Numbered from the stretch's first letter, positions 48,108 to 62,093 are shown. The stretch is 64,000 nt of DNA from Escherichia coli (GCF_022846255.1 NZ_AP025682.1); one strand, 5' to 3'. Program-made: numbers and translations. Notes: generated by a model not told the origin, from the sequence alone.

Positions 48108-49628
48108 TTAGTGGTAGCCCATCAACTGAGCGCCGATCACCACGACGCTGGACATAATAAACAGCAGTCCAAGCAGTGTCGCGCCCACCTTCAGCCAGTT
48201 ACGGAAGTCCACCCGGCAAACACCGAGCGTTGCCATTAACGAAGCTGAGGTCGGGTAAATGATGTGGCTGAAGCCATCACCAAACTGGAACGCCAGAACG
48301 GTAACCTGACGGTTTACACCGACCAGATCGCCAAGCGGTGCCAGTAACGGCATGGTTAACGCCGCCTGACCAGAACCAGACGTCACGAAGAAATTAAATA
48401 CCGCCTGGAAGAGCAACATAAACCAGGCCGCGACCGCGTTATCCAGACCGCTAATGGCATTGGCAATGCTGTTGAGGATGGTATTTAACACGCTGGCATC
48501 ACCCGCTTCACCATTACCGACCAGCAGCAAAATCCCTTTGGCGAAACCCACCAGCAGGGCAGGGGCGATCATCATTCGCGCTCCTTCGGTAAAGGATGAA
48601 GCCATGGTATTAACCGTCATGCCGTTAAGGCGGAAAACAACGCCGATGATGCCAATCACCAGACCCATGGTGAAGAACTGGCTGGCAATTTCAGGAATAA
48701 ACCAGGCATTAACGATCACGCCCCAAATCACCCAGACCATTACGGCGGTCAGGACAATTAATACCAGCCAGTCACCAAAGGTAAACGGACGTTGTTCAAC
48801 ATCCGCCTGCTTTTCACGAAAGAAGCGGTCGGACTCATGCACGCGTGACAGAAGAGGATTCTTTTTCACTCGTGAGGCGTACACCATGGTAAAGATCAGG
48901 CCAATCAGAGTGGCGATAACCCACACCACGATGCGCAACCCGGAGCCAGAAAGCACCGGAACGCCGGCAATCCCCTGAGCAACAACCACACAAAACGGGT
49001 TCATCCACGAACTGGCAAAACCGATTTGCGTGGCGATATAGGTCACCAGGACGGTGGTAATACTGTCATAGCCCAGCCGGACCATTAGCGGTGCGATGAT
49101 AATGGCAAAGGCGACGGCCTCTTCTCCCATACCAAATACCGCGCCGCCAAGTGAAAACAGAATAAAGAGCGCAGGAATAAAGAGAATTTCATTTCCGCGG
49201 GTATGGCGAATAAGCGCCAGGATACCGTTATCAATGGTTCCTGTACGCATCACAATGCCAAACGCGCCGCCAATCACCAGCATAAACATGATGATGCCAA
49301 CGGCTGTCCCGTATTTCGATCCTGAGGTTAACCCTTCAAACGGGAAGTTCATCAGGCCCGGGCGTTCATCGCCCGTCGTGAACAGCTGTACGCGGTGATA
49401 CTCAGGTTCGCCTGCTTCGTTAGTCAGAATGCGAAATGAGTGTGGATCTACGACTTTGCGTGTTTTTGTTTGACCATCAACCTGATACTGCACTTCCTGA
49501 CTGTCAAACATGCCCACCGGAACTACCCAGGTGGCAAGGCTGGTTAAAATGGCAACAAAAAAGATAATCACCAACGTATCGGGCATTGCCCATCTTCTTG
49601 TTGGTTTAGATTCAGTGATTGCGGACAT
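48108..49628 (-). CDS. yfcC: Putative inner membrane transporter YfcC
   Basis: ORF-track frame 48108..49649; start trimmed to ATG 49628 (MSAITESKPTRRWAMPDTLVIIFF...); 506-aa polytopic protein. Confidence 0.85.
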   Translation of the reverse strand: MSAITESKPTRRWAMPDTLVIIFFVAILTSLATWVVPVGMFDSQEVQYQVDGQTKTRKVVDPHSFRILTNEAGEPEYHRVQLFTTGDERPGLMNFPFEGLTSGSKYGTAVGIIMFMLVIGGAFGIVMRTGTIDNGILALIRHTRGNEILFIPALFILFSLGGAVFGMGEEAVAFAIIIAPLMVRLGYDSITTVLVTYIATQIGFASSWMNPFCVVVAQGIAGVPVLSGSGLRIVVWVIATLIGLIFTMVYASRVKKNPLLSRVHESDRFFREKQADVEQRPFTFGDWLVLIVLTAVMVWVIWGVIVNAWFIPEIASQFFTMGLVIGIIGVVFRLNGMTVNTMASSFTEGARMMIAPALLVGFAKGILLLVGNGEAGDASVLNTILNSIANAISGLDNAVAAWFMLLFQAVFNFFVTSGSGQAALTMPLLAPLGDLVGVNRQVTVLAFQFGDGFSHIIYPTSASLMATLGVCRVDFRNWLKVGATLLGLLFIMSSVVVIGAQLMGYH

Positions 49629-49817
49629 AGCGCAAATATTCCCTTGCACAAAACAAAGTGGTAAGTATGCAAATTGAGATGGCGCAATTCATTGATGCAG
49701 CGCAGTTAAGCAAGATAATCAGAAAGGATTAATGCAAATTAAGAGAATAAAAAACCGGAAATAGTGACTATTTCCGGTTCAGATATCCGCAGCGTAAAGC
49801 TGCGGATGATGACGAGA

Positions 49818-51962
49818 TTACTGCTGCTGTGCAGACTGAATCGCAGTCAGCGCGATGGTGTAGACGATATCGTCAACCAGTGCGCCACGGGACAGGTCGT
49901 TAACCGGCTTGCGCATACCCTGCAGCATCGGTCCGATAGAGATCAGGTCAGCAGAACGCTGTACCGCTTTGTAGGTGGTGTTACCGGTGTTCAGATCCGG
50001 GAAGATGAACACGGTAGCGCGACCTGCAACCGGAGAGTTCGGTGCTTTGGATTTCGCAACGTCAGCCATTACCGCAGCGTCGTACTGCAGCGGACCGTCG
50101 ATCATCAGGTCAGGACGTTTTTCCTGCGCCAGACGAGTTGCTTCGCGAACTTTTTCTACGTCGCTACCAGCACCAGAAGTCCCGGTGGAGTAGGAGAGCA
50201 TAGCAACGCGCGGTTCGATACCGAAGGCCGCAGCGGAATCTGCGGACTGAATCGCGATTTCTGCCAGCTGTTCTGCGGTCGGATCCGGGTTGATCGCACA
50301 GTCACCGTAAACGTAAACCTGTTCCGGCAGCAGCATGAAGAACACGGAAGATACCAGGGAGCTGCCCGGTGCAGTTTTGATCAGCTGCAGCGGCGGACGG
50401 ATGGTGTTTGCGGTAGTGTGAACAGCACCGGAAACCAGACCATCAACTTCATCCTGTTCCAGCATCAGCGTACCGAGAACCACGTTGTCTTCCAGCTGTT
50501 CGCGGGCAACGGTTTCGGTCATGCCTTTGTTCTTACGCAGTTCGACCAGACGACCAACATAGCTTTCGCGAACCACTTCTGGATCAACGATTTCAATGCC
50601 TGCACCCAGTTCTACACCCTGAGACGCTGCAACACGGTTGATCTCTGCCGGATTACCCAGCAGTACGCAAGTTGCGATACCACGTTCAGCACAGATAGCG
50701 GCTGCCTTAACGGTACGCGGTTCGTCACCTTCCGGCAGAACGATACGTTTGCCCGCTTTGCGCGCAAGTTCAGTCAGCTGATAACGGAACGCCGGCGGAG
50801 ACAGACGACGGCTGCGCTCAGAAGTGGCCGTCAGAGAATCGATCCAGTCAGCGTTGATGTAGTTAGCAACGTATTCCTGAACTTTCTCGATACGCTCGTG
50901 ATCGTCAACCGGAACTTCCAGGTTGAAGCTCTGCAGGCTCAGAGAAGTCTGCCAGGTGTTGGTGTTCACCATAAATACCGGCAGGCCTGTAGCGAAAGCA
51001 CGTTCGCACAGTTTAGAAATGCGCGCGTCCATTTCGTAGCCGCCAGTCAGCAGCAGGGCACCGATTTCTACGCCGTTCATGGCAGCCAGGCACGCGGCAA
51101 CCAGCACGTCAGGACGGTCTGCGGAAGTCACCAGCAGAGAACCGGCACGGAAGTGCTCCAGCATGTGTGGAATGCTGCGTGCGCAGAAAGTGACGGATTT
51201 AACGCGGCGAGTATTGATGTCGCCTTCGTTGATGATGGTCGCATTCAGGTGGCGAGCCATATCGATCGCACGAGTCGCGATCAGGTCAAAGCTCCACGGC
51301 ACCGCGCCGAGAACCGGCAGCGGGCTGGATTCTTGCAGCTTCGCCGGATCAACATTGTTTACTTTAGCTTTGGAAGAGTCGTCGAAAATCTCGGACAGAT
51401 CCGGGCGAGTACGACCCTGTTCATCAACCGGTGCGTTCAGTTTGTTAACGATAACGCCGGTGATGTTGGTGTTTTTGGCACCGCCGAAGCTGTTGCGGGT
51501 CAGTTCGATACGCTCTTTCAGCTGTTCCGGGGTGTCAGTGCCCTGAGACATAACGAAGACGATTTCCGCATTCAGCGTTTTAGCGATTTCGTAGTTCAGA
51601 GACTGGGCAAACTGGTGTTTACGTGTCGGGACCAGACCTTCAACCAGAACGACTTCAGCGTCTTTGGTGTTAGCGTGGTAGTTCGCGATGATCTCTTCCA
51701 TCAGCACATCTTTCTGATTGCTGGAAAGCAGACCTTCAACGTAGCTCATTTTCAGCGGTTCAGCGGCCGTCGTGGTGGAAGAGTTCGCACGCACGATAGT
51801 CGTAGTCTGATCGGGCGCATCGCCACCGGTACGCGGCTGAGCGATAGGTTTGAAAACGCTCAGACGAACGCCTTTGCGTTCCATTGCACGGATCACGCCA
51901 AGGCTGACGCTGGTCAGACCGACGCTGGTTCCGGTAGGGATCAGCATAATAATACGGGACAC
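49818..51962 (-). CDS. pta: Phosphate acetyltransferase
   Basis: 714 aa, [31 protein letters not shown]..., full-length Pta with N-terminal regulatory and C-terminal catalytic domains. Confidence 0.95.
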   Translation of the reverse strand: MSRIIMLIPTGTSVGLTSVSLGVIRAMERKGVRLSVFKPIAQPRTGGDAPDQTTTIVRANSSTTTAAEPLKMSYVEGLLSSNQKDVLMEEIIANYHANTKDAEVVLVEGLVPTRKHQFAQSLNYEIAKTLNAEIVFVMSQGTDTPEQLKERIELTRNSFGGAKNTNITGVIVNKLNAPVDEQGRTRPDLSEIFDDSSKAKVNNVDPAKLQESSPLPVLGAVPWSFDLIATRAIDMARHLNATIINEGDINTRRVKSVTFCARSIPHMLEHFRAGSLLVTSADRPDVLVAACLAAMNGVEIGALLLTGGYEMDARISKLCERAFATGLPVFMVNTNTWQTSLSLQSFNLEVPVDDHERIEKVQEYVANYINADWIDSLTATSERSRRLSPPAFRYQLTELARKAGKRIVLPEGDEPRTVKAAAICAERGIATCVLLGNPAEINRVAASQGVELGAGIEIVDPEVVRESYVGRLVELRKNKGMTETVAREQLEDNVVLGTLMLEQDEVDGLVSGAVHTTANTIRPPLQLIKTAPGSSLVSSVFFMLLPEQVYVYGDCAINPDPTAEQLAEIAIQSADSAAAFGIEPRVAMLSYSTGTSGAGSDVEKVREATRLAQEKRPDLMIDGPLQYDAAVMADVAKSKAPNSPVAGRATVFIFPDLNTGNTTYKAVQRSADLISIGPMLQGMRKPVNDLSRGALVDDIVYTIALTAIQSAQQQ

Positions 51963-52008
51963 GGTTTATCCTCTTTCGTTACCGCCGATTTGGCGGGTTA
52001 CAAAACAG

Positions 52009-52031
52009 CACCGCCAGCTGAGCTGGCGGTG
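52009..52031 (-). other. Perfect 10-bp palindrome in the ackA-pta intergenic region
   Basis: CACCGCCAGC - TGA - GCTGGCGGTG immediately downstream of the ackA stop; on the transcribed strand it is followed by CUGUUUUGU. Possible partial terminator or processing site. Confidence 0.45.
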
Positions 52032-52036
52032 TGAAA

Positions 52037-53239
52037 TCAGGCAGTCAGGCGGCTCGCGTCTTGCGCGATAACCAGTTCTTCGTTGGTTGGGATAACCACC
52101 GCAGGACGGGTACCTTCTTTGTTGATGAAACCAGATTTGCCGAAACGTGCAGCCAGGTTGCGTTCATGATCAACTTCAAAGCCCAGCACGCCCAGTTTGC
52201 CCAGAGACAGTTCACGAACCATCGCGGCATTTTCACCGATACCACCGGTGAATACAACAGCGTCCAGACGACCATCCATCAGCGCAGTGTAGGCACCGAT
52301 GTATTTGGCCAGGCGGTGGCAGTAAACGTCCATTGCGCGCTTCGCGTCTTCTTTCGTCGCGTAGTTGTCTTCAACATAGCGGCAGTCGCTGGTCACTTCG
52401 GTCAGACCCAGCAGGCCAGACTCTTTGGTCAGCAGTTTGTTGATTGCGTCAACGCTCATGCCCAGGGTGTCGTGCAGGTGGAAGATGATCGCCGGATCGA
52501 TATCACCAGAACGGGTACCCATGACCAGACCTTCCAGCGGGGTCAGGCCCATAGAGGTGTCAACGCATTTACCGTTGCGGATAGCAGAAACGGAACCACC
52601 GTTGCCCAGGTGGCAGGTGATGATGTTCAGTTCTTCTACCGGTTTGTTCAGCATTTTTGCCGCTTCCTGGGTTACATAGAAGTGGCTGGTGCCGTGCGCG
52701 CCGTAACGACGGATGCCGTGCTCTTTGTACAGGTTGTACGGCAGGGCGTAGAGGTAAGACTCTTCCGGCATAGTCTGGTGGAACGCGGTGTCAAATACAG
52801 CAACGTTTTTGTCTTTCAGCTGTGGGAAAGATTTCAGAGCTTCTTCGATACCGATCAGGTGAGCCGGGTTGTGCAGCGGTGCAAAAGAAGCTGCATCTTT
52901 GATACCCTGAATAACAGACTCATCGATCACTACGGAGCTGGTATACTTTTCGCCGCCGTGTACGATACGGTGACCGATAGCGGTCAGCTGCGCAGACAGT
53001 TCTGGTTTTTGTGCCAGAATAGTATTAACGATAAAGTTGAGCGCTTCGCTGTGAGCGGCGCCTGCACCTAAAGCCGCTTCCTGTTTATTGCCGTCCATTT
53101 TCCATTTGATACGTGCTTCGGGCAGGTGGAAACATTCGGCTAAACCAGAAAGGTACTCTTCACCATTTACTGCATCGATGATTGCAAATTTCAGTGAAGA
53201 ACTACCGCAGTTCAGAACCAGTACTAACTTACTCGACAT
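52037..53239 (-). CDS. ackA: Acetate kinase
   Basis: 400 aa, [23 protein letters not shown]... Confidence 0.95.
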   Translation of the reverse strand: MSSKLVLVLNCGSSSLKFAIIDAVNGEEYLSGLAECFHLPEARIKWKMDGNKQEAALGAGAAHSEALNFIVNTILAQKPELSAQLTAIGHRIVHGGEKYTSSVVIDESVIQGIKDAASFAPLHNPAHLIGIEEALKSFPQLKDKNVAVFDTAFHQTMPEESYLYALPYNLYKEHGIRRYGAHGTSHFYVTQEAAKMLNKPVEELNIITCHLGNGGSVSAIRNGKCVDTSMGLTPLEGLVMGTRSGDIDPAIIFHLHDTLGMSVDAINKLLTKESGLLGLTEVTSDCRYVEDNYATKEDAKRAMDVYCHRLAKYIGAYTALMDGRLDAVVFTGGIGENAAMVRELSLGKLGVLGFEVDHERNLAARFGKSGFINKEGTRPAVVIPTNEELVIAQDASRLTA

Positions 53240-53576
53240 GGAAGTACCTATAATTGATACGTGGCTAAAAAAACGTCAGGGAGCCATAGAGCGTAGCGCA
53301 TGATGACACTGACATTTATGATTAACATCATGCACTGCAAATTTTTTTTGCATGATGGAAGAAATATCTTGAGTCTATGCCATTTTGCGTAATTTTCAGC
53401 CAATGGCATAATGTATATGAATTTGACGACTCAATGAATATGTACTACTTAGGCCTTCAGGCTGCTAAAGGATACCTGATAGTGGGTATGGAAGACAAAA
53501 TGTTTTGAACGTTGTCCCGCTGAGTTGTGAATTTGCACAAATTTTTGAATCTTTATATGTGAAGTTGAGGTGAAGC

Positions 53577-54032
53577 ATGTCAACGCCGGATAATCGTTCT
53601 GTTAATTTTTTTAGCTTGTTTCGCCGGGGACAGCATTACTCAAAGACGTGGCCGCTGGAAAAACGCCTTGCCCCGGTCTTTGTCGAAAATCGCGTTATCA
53701 AGATGACGCGTTATGCGATCCGTTTTATGCCGCCGATCGCCGTATTTACTCTCTGCTGGCAGATTGCCCTGGGCGGTCAGCTTGGGCCGGCAGTTGCCAC
53801 TGCGCTGTTCGCTTTAAGTTTACCCATGCAGGGATTGTGGTGGCTGGGCAAACGTTCTGTAACGCCATTACCCCCTGCAATCCTTAACTGGTTTTATGAA
53901 GTTCGCGGTAAATTGCAGGAGTCTGGACAGGTGTTGGCACCCGTTGAAGGCAAGCCTGATTACCAGGCATTAGCTGACACGCTTAAGCGCGCCTTCAAAC
54001 AACTGGATAAAACTTTCCTTGATGATTTGTAA
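53577..54032 (+). CDS. yfbV: UPF0208 inner membrane protein YfbV
   Basis: 151-aa ORF with two hydrophobic helices; divergent from ackA. Confidence 0.85.
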
Positions 54033-54036
54033 TTGA

Positions 54037-54609
<573 letters not shown>

Positions 54610-54619
54610 GGAGGCCCGC

Positions 54620-55270
54620 GTGCGGTGCAAAGGTTTTCTGTTTGATCTTGATGGAACGCTGGTGGATTCCCTGCCTGCGGTAGAACGGGCGTGGAGCAAC
54701 TGGGCCAGACGTCATGGGTTATCGCCGGAAGAGGTGCTGGCTTTCATTCACGGTAAACAGGCGATCACCTCTCTGCGCCATTTTATGGCGGGCAAATCCG
54801 AGGCAGACATTGCCGCCGAGTTTACGCGTCTGGAGCACATCGAGGCCACGGAAACCGAAGGTATTACTGCGCTTCCGGGGGCAATCGCCTTACTCAATCA
54901 TTTGAATAAAGCAGGTATTCCGTGGGCTATTGTGACTTCTGGCTCCATGCCGGTAGCGCGAGCGCGTCATAAAATAGCGGGGCTTCCCGCGCCAGAGGTG
55001 TTTGTAACCGCTGAGCGGGTGAAGCGCGGAAAACCAGAACCTGATGCGTATCTGTTAGGCGCGCAGCTGCTGGGGCTTGCGCCGCAGGAGTGTGTTGTGG
55101 TGGAAGATGCTCCCGCTGGCGTGCTTTCAGGTCTGGCGGCGGGTTGCCATGTTATTGCGGTTAATGCCCCGGCAGATACCCCGCGCCTGAATGAAGTCGA
55201 TTTAGTCCTCCACAGTCTGGAGCAAATTACTGTGACCAAACAGCCAAATGGCGATGTTATTATTCAGTGA
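54620..55270 (+). CDS. yfbT: HAD-superfamily sugar phosphatase YfbT
   Basis: 216 aa with HAD motif I FLFDLDGTLVDS. Confidence 0.85.
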   Translation: MRCKGFLFDLDGTLVDSLPAVERAWSNWARRHGLSPEEVLAFIHGKQAITSLRHFMAGKSEADIAAEFTRLEHIEATETEGITALPGAIALLNHLNKAGIPWAIVTSGSMPVARARHKIAGLPAPEVFVTAERVKRGKPEPDAYLLGAQLLGLAPQECVVVEDAPAGVLSGLAAGCHVIAVNAPADTPRLNEVDLVLHSLEQITVTKQPNGDVIIQ

Positions 55271-55356
55271 AACACCTGATCATGATTTAGCCCCGTCTCG
55301 TCGGGGCTTTTTTATGGCAGAATCAAGTTATCCCCCTCAATTAACAAGGATAAGTT

Positions 55357-57189
55357 GTGAACGGTGAATTGATTTGGGTTCTTTCATTACTGGCCGTTGC
55401 CATCGTCTTGTTTGCGACGGGCAGAGTGCGTATGGATGCGGTCGCTTTGTTTGTTATTGTCGCGTTTGCATTAAGCGGAACGCTGACGGTCCCCGAAGTA
55501 TTTTCCGGCTTTTCCGATCCTAACGTTGTCCTGATTGCCGCCTTGTTCATTATTGGCGATGGTTTGGTCCGTACCGGTGTTGCCACTGTAATGGGGACAT
55601 GGCTGGTCAAAGTGGCGGGCAACAGTGAAATCAAAATGTTGGTTTTGTTGATGCTGACCGTCGCGGGGCTTGGCGCGTTTATGAGTTCAACCGGCGTTGT
55701 CGCTATCTTTATTCCCGTGGTGTTAAGCGTTGCCATGCGTATGCAAACGTCGCCGTCGCGTCTGATGATGCCGTTAAGTTTTGCCGGGCTGATAAGCGGC
55801 ATGATGACGCTGGTGGCGACGCCGCCGAACCTGGTAGTCAACAGTGAATTGCTGCGTGAAGGCTATCACGGCTTCAGTTTCTTTAGCGTAACACCTATTG
55901 GCCTGGTCGTGCTGGTGCTGGGTATTTTGTATATGTTAGTGATGCGTTTCATGCTGAAAGGGGATACCCAGACCCCACAACGCGAAGGCTGGACGCGCCG
56001 AACCTTTCGCGATCTTATCCGTGAATATCGACTGACCGGGCGTGCGCGACGTCTGGCTATTCGCCCCGGATCGCCAATGATTGGTCAACGGCTGGACGAT
56101 CTCAAATTACGTGAACGTTATGGTGCTAACGTCATCGGTGTTGAACGCTGGCGGCGTTTTCGTCGCGTTATCGTGAACGTTAATGGGGTTTCTGAATTTC
56201 GCGCGCGTGACGTTTTGCTTATTGATATGTCTGCGGCTGATGTCGATCTCCGGCAATTTTGTAGTGAGCAATTGCTGGAGCCGATGGTACTGCGCGGCGA
56301 GTATTTTTCTGACCAGGCCCTTGATGTGGGCATGGCAGAGATTTCATTAATTCCTGAGTCAGAACTTATTGGTAAATCGGTGCGCGAAATTGGTTTTCGT
56401 ACCCGCTACGGATTGAATGTGGTGGGGCTAAAGCGCAATGGTGTGGCGCTGGAAGGTTCGCTGGCGGATGAGCCTCTGCTGCTGGGCGATATCATTCTGG
56501 TTGTTGGTAACTGGAAACTGATCGGTATGCTGGCCAAACAGGGCCGCGACTTCGTAGCGCTGAACTTACCGGAAGAGGTGAGTGAAGCATCGCCCGCGCA
56601 CAGCCAGGCACCCCATGCCATTTTCTGTCTGGTGCTAATGGTGGCGTTAATGCTGACCGATGAAATTCCTAATCCTGTTGCCGCTATTATCGCCTGCCTG
56701 CTGATGGGGAAATTCCGCTGTATAGATGCTGAAAGCGCCTATAAATCCATTCACTGGCCGAGCATTATTTTGATCGTTGGGATGATGCCATTTGCTGTGG
56801 CATTACAGAAAACGGGAGGTGTCGCGCTGGCGGTGAAAGGGCTGATGGACATTGGCGGCGGTTATGGGCCACATATGATGCTGGGTTGTTTGTTTGTCTT
56901 GTCGGCGGTTATTGGGCTATTTATTTCTAATACCGCGACGGCGGTGTTGATGGCTCCGATTGCGCTGGCTGCTGCCAAAACGATGGGGGTGTCGCCTTAT
57001 CCATTTGCGATGGTCGTGGCGATGGCAGCATCCGCCGCCTTTATGACACCGATATCTTCACCTGTTAACACACTGGTTTTAGGTCCGGGGAATTACAGCT
57101 TCAGTGACTTTGTTAAGTTGGGGGTACCGTTCACCATTATCGTGATGGCGGTTTGTGTGGTGATGATCCCGATGCTGTTTCCGTTTTGA
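55357..57189 (+). CDS. yfbS: Putative anion transporter YfbS (permease with two internal TrkA-C-like domains)
   Basis: 610-aa ORF; hydrophobic N- and C-terminal halves flank a soluble central region. Confidence 0.85.
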   Translation: MNGELIWVLSLLAVAIVLFATGRVRMDAVALFVIVAFALSGTLTVPEVFSGFSDPNVVLIAALFIIGDGLVRTGVATVMGTWLVKVAGNSEIKMLVLLMLTVAGLGAFMSSTGVVAIFIPVVLSVAMRMQTSPSRLMMPLSFAGLISGMMTLVATPPNLVVNSELLREGYHGFSFFSVTPIGLVVLVLGILYMLVMRFMLKGDTQTPQREGWTRRTFRDLIREYRLTGRARRLAIRPGSPMIGQRLDDLKLRERYGANVIGVERWRRFRRVIVNVNGVSEFRARDVLLIDMSAADVDLRQFCSEQLLEPMVLRGEYFSDQALDVGMAEISLIPESELIGKSVREIGFRTRYGLNVVGLKRNGVALEGSLADEPLLLGDIILVVGNWKLIGMLAKQGRDFVALNLPEEVSEASPAHSQAPHAIFCLVLMVALMLTDEIPNPVAAIIACLLMGKFRCIDAESAYKSIHWPSIILIVGMMPFAVALQKTGGVALAVKGLMDIGGGYGPHMMLGCLFVLSAVIGLFISNTATAVLMAPIALAAAKTMGVSPYPFAMVVAMAASAAFMTPISSPVNTLVLGPGNYSFSDFVKLGVPFTIIVMAVCVVMIPMLFPF

Positions 57190-57194
57190 CAAGA

Positions 57195-57246
57195 GCCTGA
57201 TGTCGCATCCGGTGCTTATTGCCTGATGCGACGCAGACTCCGGCTG
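57195..57246. repeat. REP-like palindromic units
   Basis: GCCTGATGTCGCATCCGG... and ...GCCTGATGCGACGCAG between convergent yfbS and yfbR. Confidence 0.55.
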
Positions 57247-57247
57247 C

Positions 57248-57847
57248 TTACAGCGGTGAATCCTGGCTAATCTCATCGAGCGAAAGATGGAAGCTGGGAA
57301 CAAATACTTCCATGAAGTAGTCCATCTCCTGGCTGCGGCGCGCTTCAAGCGTCGCTTCCAGTCGCGTTTTTGCCAGCAAGAATTCATTATTTCCGGCCGC
57401 AAGTTCTTCCAGGCATTTCAGATATGCACACAGTGCATCTGCCTGTTTCACCAGCGATTTTTCTTCATCGCTATATGCATGCTCGTCAATTAACGGCGCA
57501 AAGATATCCTGCAGCTCTTCCGGAACCATATCGACCAGTTTTTGCTGAGCGATTTTTTCAATAGCCTTGTATTCCTGAGCGATTTGCGAATTGAAGTATT
57601 TCACCGGAGTAGGGAGATCGCCGGTGAGCACTTCTGAAGCATCGTGGTACATCGCCAGTAAAGCGATACGTTCGGCGTTGACATTACCGCCAAATTTACG
57701 ATTTTTGATAGCTGCCAGCGCATGGGCGACCATCGCTACCTGCAAACTGTGTTCGGACACATTTTCCGTCCGCACGTTGCGCATTAGCGGCCAGCGGTTA
57801 ATGAGTTTCAGGCGGGAGAGATGGGCAAAAAAATGGCTCTGTTTCAT
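57248..57847 (-). CDS. yfbR: 5'-deoxynucleotidase YfbR (HD domain)
   Basis: 199 aa with HD-domain residues (…[13 protein letters not shown]… …[16 protein letters not shown]…). Confidence 0.85.
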   Translation of the reverse strand: MKQSHFFAHLSRLKLINRWPLMRNVRTENVSEHSLQVAMVAHALAAIKNRKFGGNVNAERIALLAMYHDASEVLTGDLPTPVKYFNSQIAQEYKAIEKIAQQKLVDMVPEELQDIFAPLIDEHAYSDEEKSLVKQADALCAYLKCLEELAAGNNEFLLAKTRLEATLEARRSQEMDYFMEVFVPSFHLSLDEISQDSPL

Positions 57848-57930
57848 AGTGACCTTACGTATGATGACATCATCAGGTCATTGTGGCGGGATAACACTGC
57901 CGGATGCAATCTCCGGCAGTGAAATTAAGA

Positions 57931-59148
57931 TTACAGCTGATGATAACCAGAAAGGAAACGCGCGAACTTGCTCAAAGACAGCTCGATATCATCGACACGC
58001 GGTAGCGTGACAATGCGGAAGTGATCCGGCCACGGCCAGTTGAATGCCGTCCCTTGCACCAACAGGACTTTTTCCTGCAACAGGAAATCCAGCACCATTT
58101 TCTGATCGTCGTGAATGTTAAAGCGTTTGGCGTCGATTTTCGGGAACATATACAGCGCACCACGAGGTTTCACGCAGGAAACGCCCGGAATATCGTTGAT
58201 CAATTCCCACGCGCGGTTACGCTGCTCATAAAGACGACCGCCAGGGGTAATAAATTCACTGATGCTCTGATAACCACCCAGCGCGGTCTGAATGGCGTGT
58301 TGCGCAGGAACGTTAGCACACAGGCGCATTGAAGCCAGCATTTCCAGACCTTCGATGTAACCTTTGGCGTGTTTTTTCGGCCCGTTCAATACCATCCACC
58401 CCTGACGGAAGCCTGCAACGCGGTACGTTTTCGACAGTCCGTTAAAGGTAATGGTCAGCAGGTCAGGTGCCAGCGGCGCAATGGAGTGATGCTCAGCGTC
58501 GTCGTAGAGAATTTTGTCATAAATTTCATCGGCGAAGATAATGAGATTATGCTGACGTGCAATCTCCACAATCTCCATTAAAAGCTCTTTGGAATATACC
58601 GCGCCGGTTGGGTTATTTGGGTTGATAATAACGATCCCACGCGTACGAGGCGTAATTTTAGCGCGAATATCATCGAGGTCCGGGAACCAGTCAGAGGATT
58701 CATCGCAAAGATAATGCACCGCTTTACCGCTGGAGAGCGAAACCGCTGCGGTCCATAGTGGGTAATCAGGTGCAGGAACCAACATTTCGTCCCCGCTGTT
58801 CAGCAATGCCTGCATTGCCTGAACGATAAGCTCCGATACACCATTGCCGATGTAAATATCTTCCACGGTAACATCACGCATGCCACGAGCCTGGTAGTGC
58901 TGCATGATGGCTTTACGCGCGGAGTAAAGACCTTTGGAATCGCAATACCCTTGAGCGGTAGGCAGGTTGCGTATCACGTCAACGAGAATTTCATCTGGCG
59001 CGTCAAAACCGAACGGGGCAGGGTTGCCGATGTTCAGTTTCAGTACCTTGTTACCTTCTTCTTCCAGGCGTTTTGCTTCTTTCAGCACCGGACCACGGAT
59101 GTCATAACAGACATTCTCTAATTTGCTGGATTTTTCAATGGGGGACAT
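57931..59148 (-). CDS. alaA: Glutamate-pyruvate aminotransferase AlaA (YfbQ)
   Basis: 405-aa class I aminotransferase (…NGLSKTYRVAGFRQGW… PLP-lysine region). Confidence 0.9.
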   Translation of the reverse strand: MSPIEKSSKLENVCYDIRGPVLKEAKRLEEEGNKVLKLNIGNPAPFGFDAPDEILVDVIRNLPTAQGYCDSKGLYSARKAIMQHYQARGMRDVTVEDIYIGNGVSELIVQAMQALLNSGDEMLVPAPDYPLWTAAVSLSSGKAVHYLCDESSDWFPDLDDIRAKITPRTRGIVIINPNNPTGAVYSKELLMEIVEIARQHNLIIFADEIYDKILYDDAEHHSIAPLAPDLLTITFNGLSKTYRVAGFRQGWMVLNGPKKHAKGYIEGLEMLASMRLCANVPAQHAIQTALGGYQSISEFITPGGRLYEQRNRAWELINDIPGVSCVKPRGALYMFPKIDAKRFNIHDDQKMVLDFLLQEKVLLVQGTAFNWPWPDHFRIVTLPRVDDIELSLSKFARFLSGYHQL

Positions 59149-60064
59149 GAATCTTGACCTTTTTTGCTGTTATCGCCACTCCCTGCCGTGGAAGTCAGCT
59201 TAGAACAATGTACTCCCCCAGGACGGTGTTTTGAAGGTCTGCAGAATAAGATTTTGCCAGAGGGGAAGGCTCGATTGTGCTGTTAATAACTTAATAATGG
59301 CAAAATAATGAGGTGCATATGCTTAATAAGTAATGTTATGTAGTGAATTGTTCTGATTATTAATTGTAAGTGTGGTTTTTTTATCTGTAAGATAATTGTG
59401 TGAAAATGCCTCGTTTAAGAATTCACTACTGAATCGCGATGATGATATTTCCGCATTACGGAGAGTTTAACAGCGTGATGATTTCCGAGGTGTCACAATG
59501 GGGGCAAGGCGTGAAACTATTGTTAAGCGGAATTAATGAATGGGGATGATGCTAATTAATTATTATTTAATATTCAAAAAGGTTTTGTTGTGCTTATTAA
59601 TAATAGAAGATTACTTTGCCTAACATAACATAACTTTGCATCAGATAATTCGCAATGACCCTTATAAATAAAAGGTTTTTGGGGTAAAATGCTTGCATAA
59701 ATGACGGATCCCTGCTCTTGATGCCGCCTCACCATTGCTGTTTGTACGTGTTCGCGTATGACCAGCGATGCTGTACGAGAGTGGAACAAGGACTCACATT
59801 TACATTTATACAAACACGCGCATGTCATAAATAGAAAAGAGTGAGTAACTTAATAGATATGCGATCCCTGAAGATATATTCTGTGATCTACTTCAGGCAT
59901 TATAACGGAACAATGTGAGTCACTTTTTTAGTGCAACTCATATGCATTTTTACTTTCGTCCGGGTTCCGGATGAAACTGCCAGGGAGGCACATTACAAAT
60001 GGAATTGCTTGTTTGTGTGTGCACAGCATTAACCAGCTCAGTATGAGCCGCCAGTAAGTGATAA

Positions 60065-61006
<942 letters not shown>

Positions 61007-61050
61007 TCGACGGACCATAGATAATTTCTGAGACAATAGTGTAAAAACGA

Positions 61051-61088
61051 GCCGCTGGGGGTGTTTTAAACCCCAGCGGCTTTTTTTT
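61051..61088 (+). terminator. Intrinsic terminator after lrhA
   Basis: GCCGCTGGGG / CCCCAGCGGC 10-bp stem with 9-10-nt loop, followed by an 8-T run. Confidence 0.8.
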
Positions 61089-61634
61089 AGTAAAAAGCCT
61101 TCCTCGTATCGTGCAGAACGCACAAAACTGTTCATTTTTCAATCACCAGAGATTCACGTCCCGAACGCACAAATAATCGCCTGAAAAAAATCACCTGCTA
61201 CAATGATGTTAAAAATACGTAAATTTGTTGCTGCGTTTTTGTTATGGAATGACAAAAGCGTGTCACAGATCAAGAAAATACTCTCTTTTGGGGGGAGGAA
61301 TCGACACAAATTCCTGTCAAAATAGACCCGTATTTTTTCCATTGCTTCACAACGGACACGATTCAACAACATCTAATTATCCTGGAGTCGTCAAGGATCT
61401 GGGGTGAAAGGGCATTAAATGCTAATGGTGTTGATATTATGTAAACTAATGTGAAGAAACTTTTGTTAAAGTTGACAAAAGGTTATAGAAAGGAGTAAAA
61501 GACCACATCAATTAGCTGTATAAAAGAATTTCTACAGTGATTGTAAGGTTTTTTTTATTCCTCCCCATGAATCGATGTGGCGTCCATCTGCCGTGAAGAG
61601 CAGTGAATCTGGCGCTACTTTTGATGAGTAAGCA

Positions 61635-62078
61635 ATGAGTATGTCAACATCCACTGAAGTCATCGCTCATCACTGGGCATTCGCTATCTTTCTTATCGTT
61701 GCCATTGGCCTGTGTTGCCTGATGCTGGTAGGCGGTTGGTTTTTAGGCGGTCGCGCACGCGCGAGGTCGAAAAACGTGCCGTTTGAATCCGGTATCGACT
61801 CGGTCGGCTCCGCCCGCTTACGCCTGTCCGCCAAGTTTTATCTGGTGGCCATGTTCTTCGTTATCTTCGACGTTGAAGCGCTGTATCTGTTCGCATGGTC
61901 AACCTCTATCCGCGAAAGCGGCTGGGTAGGCTTTGTGGAAGCTGCAATTTTTATTTTTGTGTTACTGGCAGGTCTGGTTTATCTGGTGCGTATTGGCGCG
62001 CTGGACTGGACGCCCGCGCGTTCACGCCGCGAGCGTATGAACCCGGAAACGAACAGTATCGCTAATCGTCAACGCTAA
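61635..62078 (+). CDS. nuoA: NADH-quinone oxidoreductase subunit A
   Basis: 147 aa, [26 protein letters not shown]... Confidence 0.95.
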
Positions 62079-62093
62079 CCGCGAGGCATTAAG

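Noticed and set aside
49764-52034. 756-aa ORF on the plus strand, fully antisense to pta
   Set aside because: Low-complexity Arg/Gln/Val-rich translation, no ribosome-binding site, complete overlap with a highly conserved, highly expressed gene. Long antisense frames are a known artefact of strong codon bias in the sense gene.
52031-53071. 346-aa plus-strand ORF antisense to ackA
   Set aside because: Same reasoning as the pta antisense ORF; low-complexity translation, no start context.
59574-59828. 84-aa minus-strand ORF in the alaA-lrhA intergenic region
   Set aside because: AT-rich, Cys/Leu/Ile-heavy translation with no start context; typical spurious ORF in AT-rich DNA.
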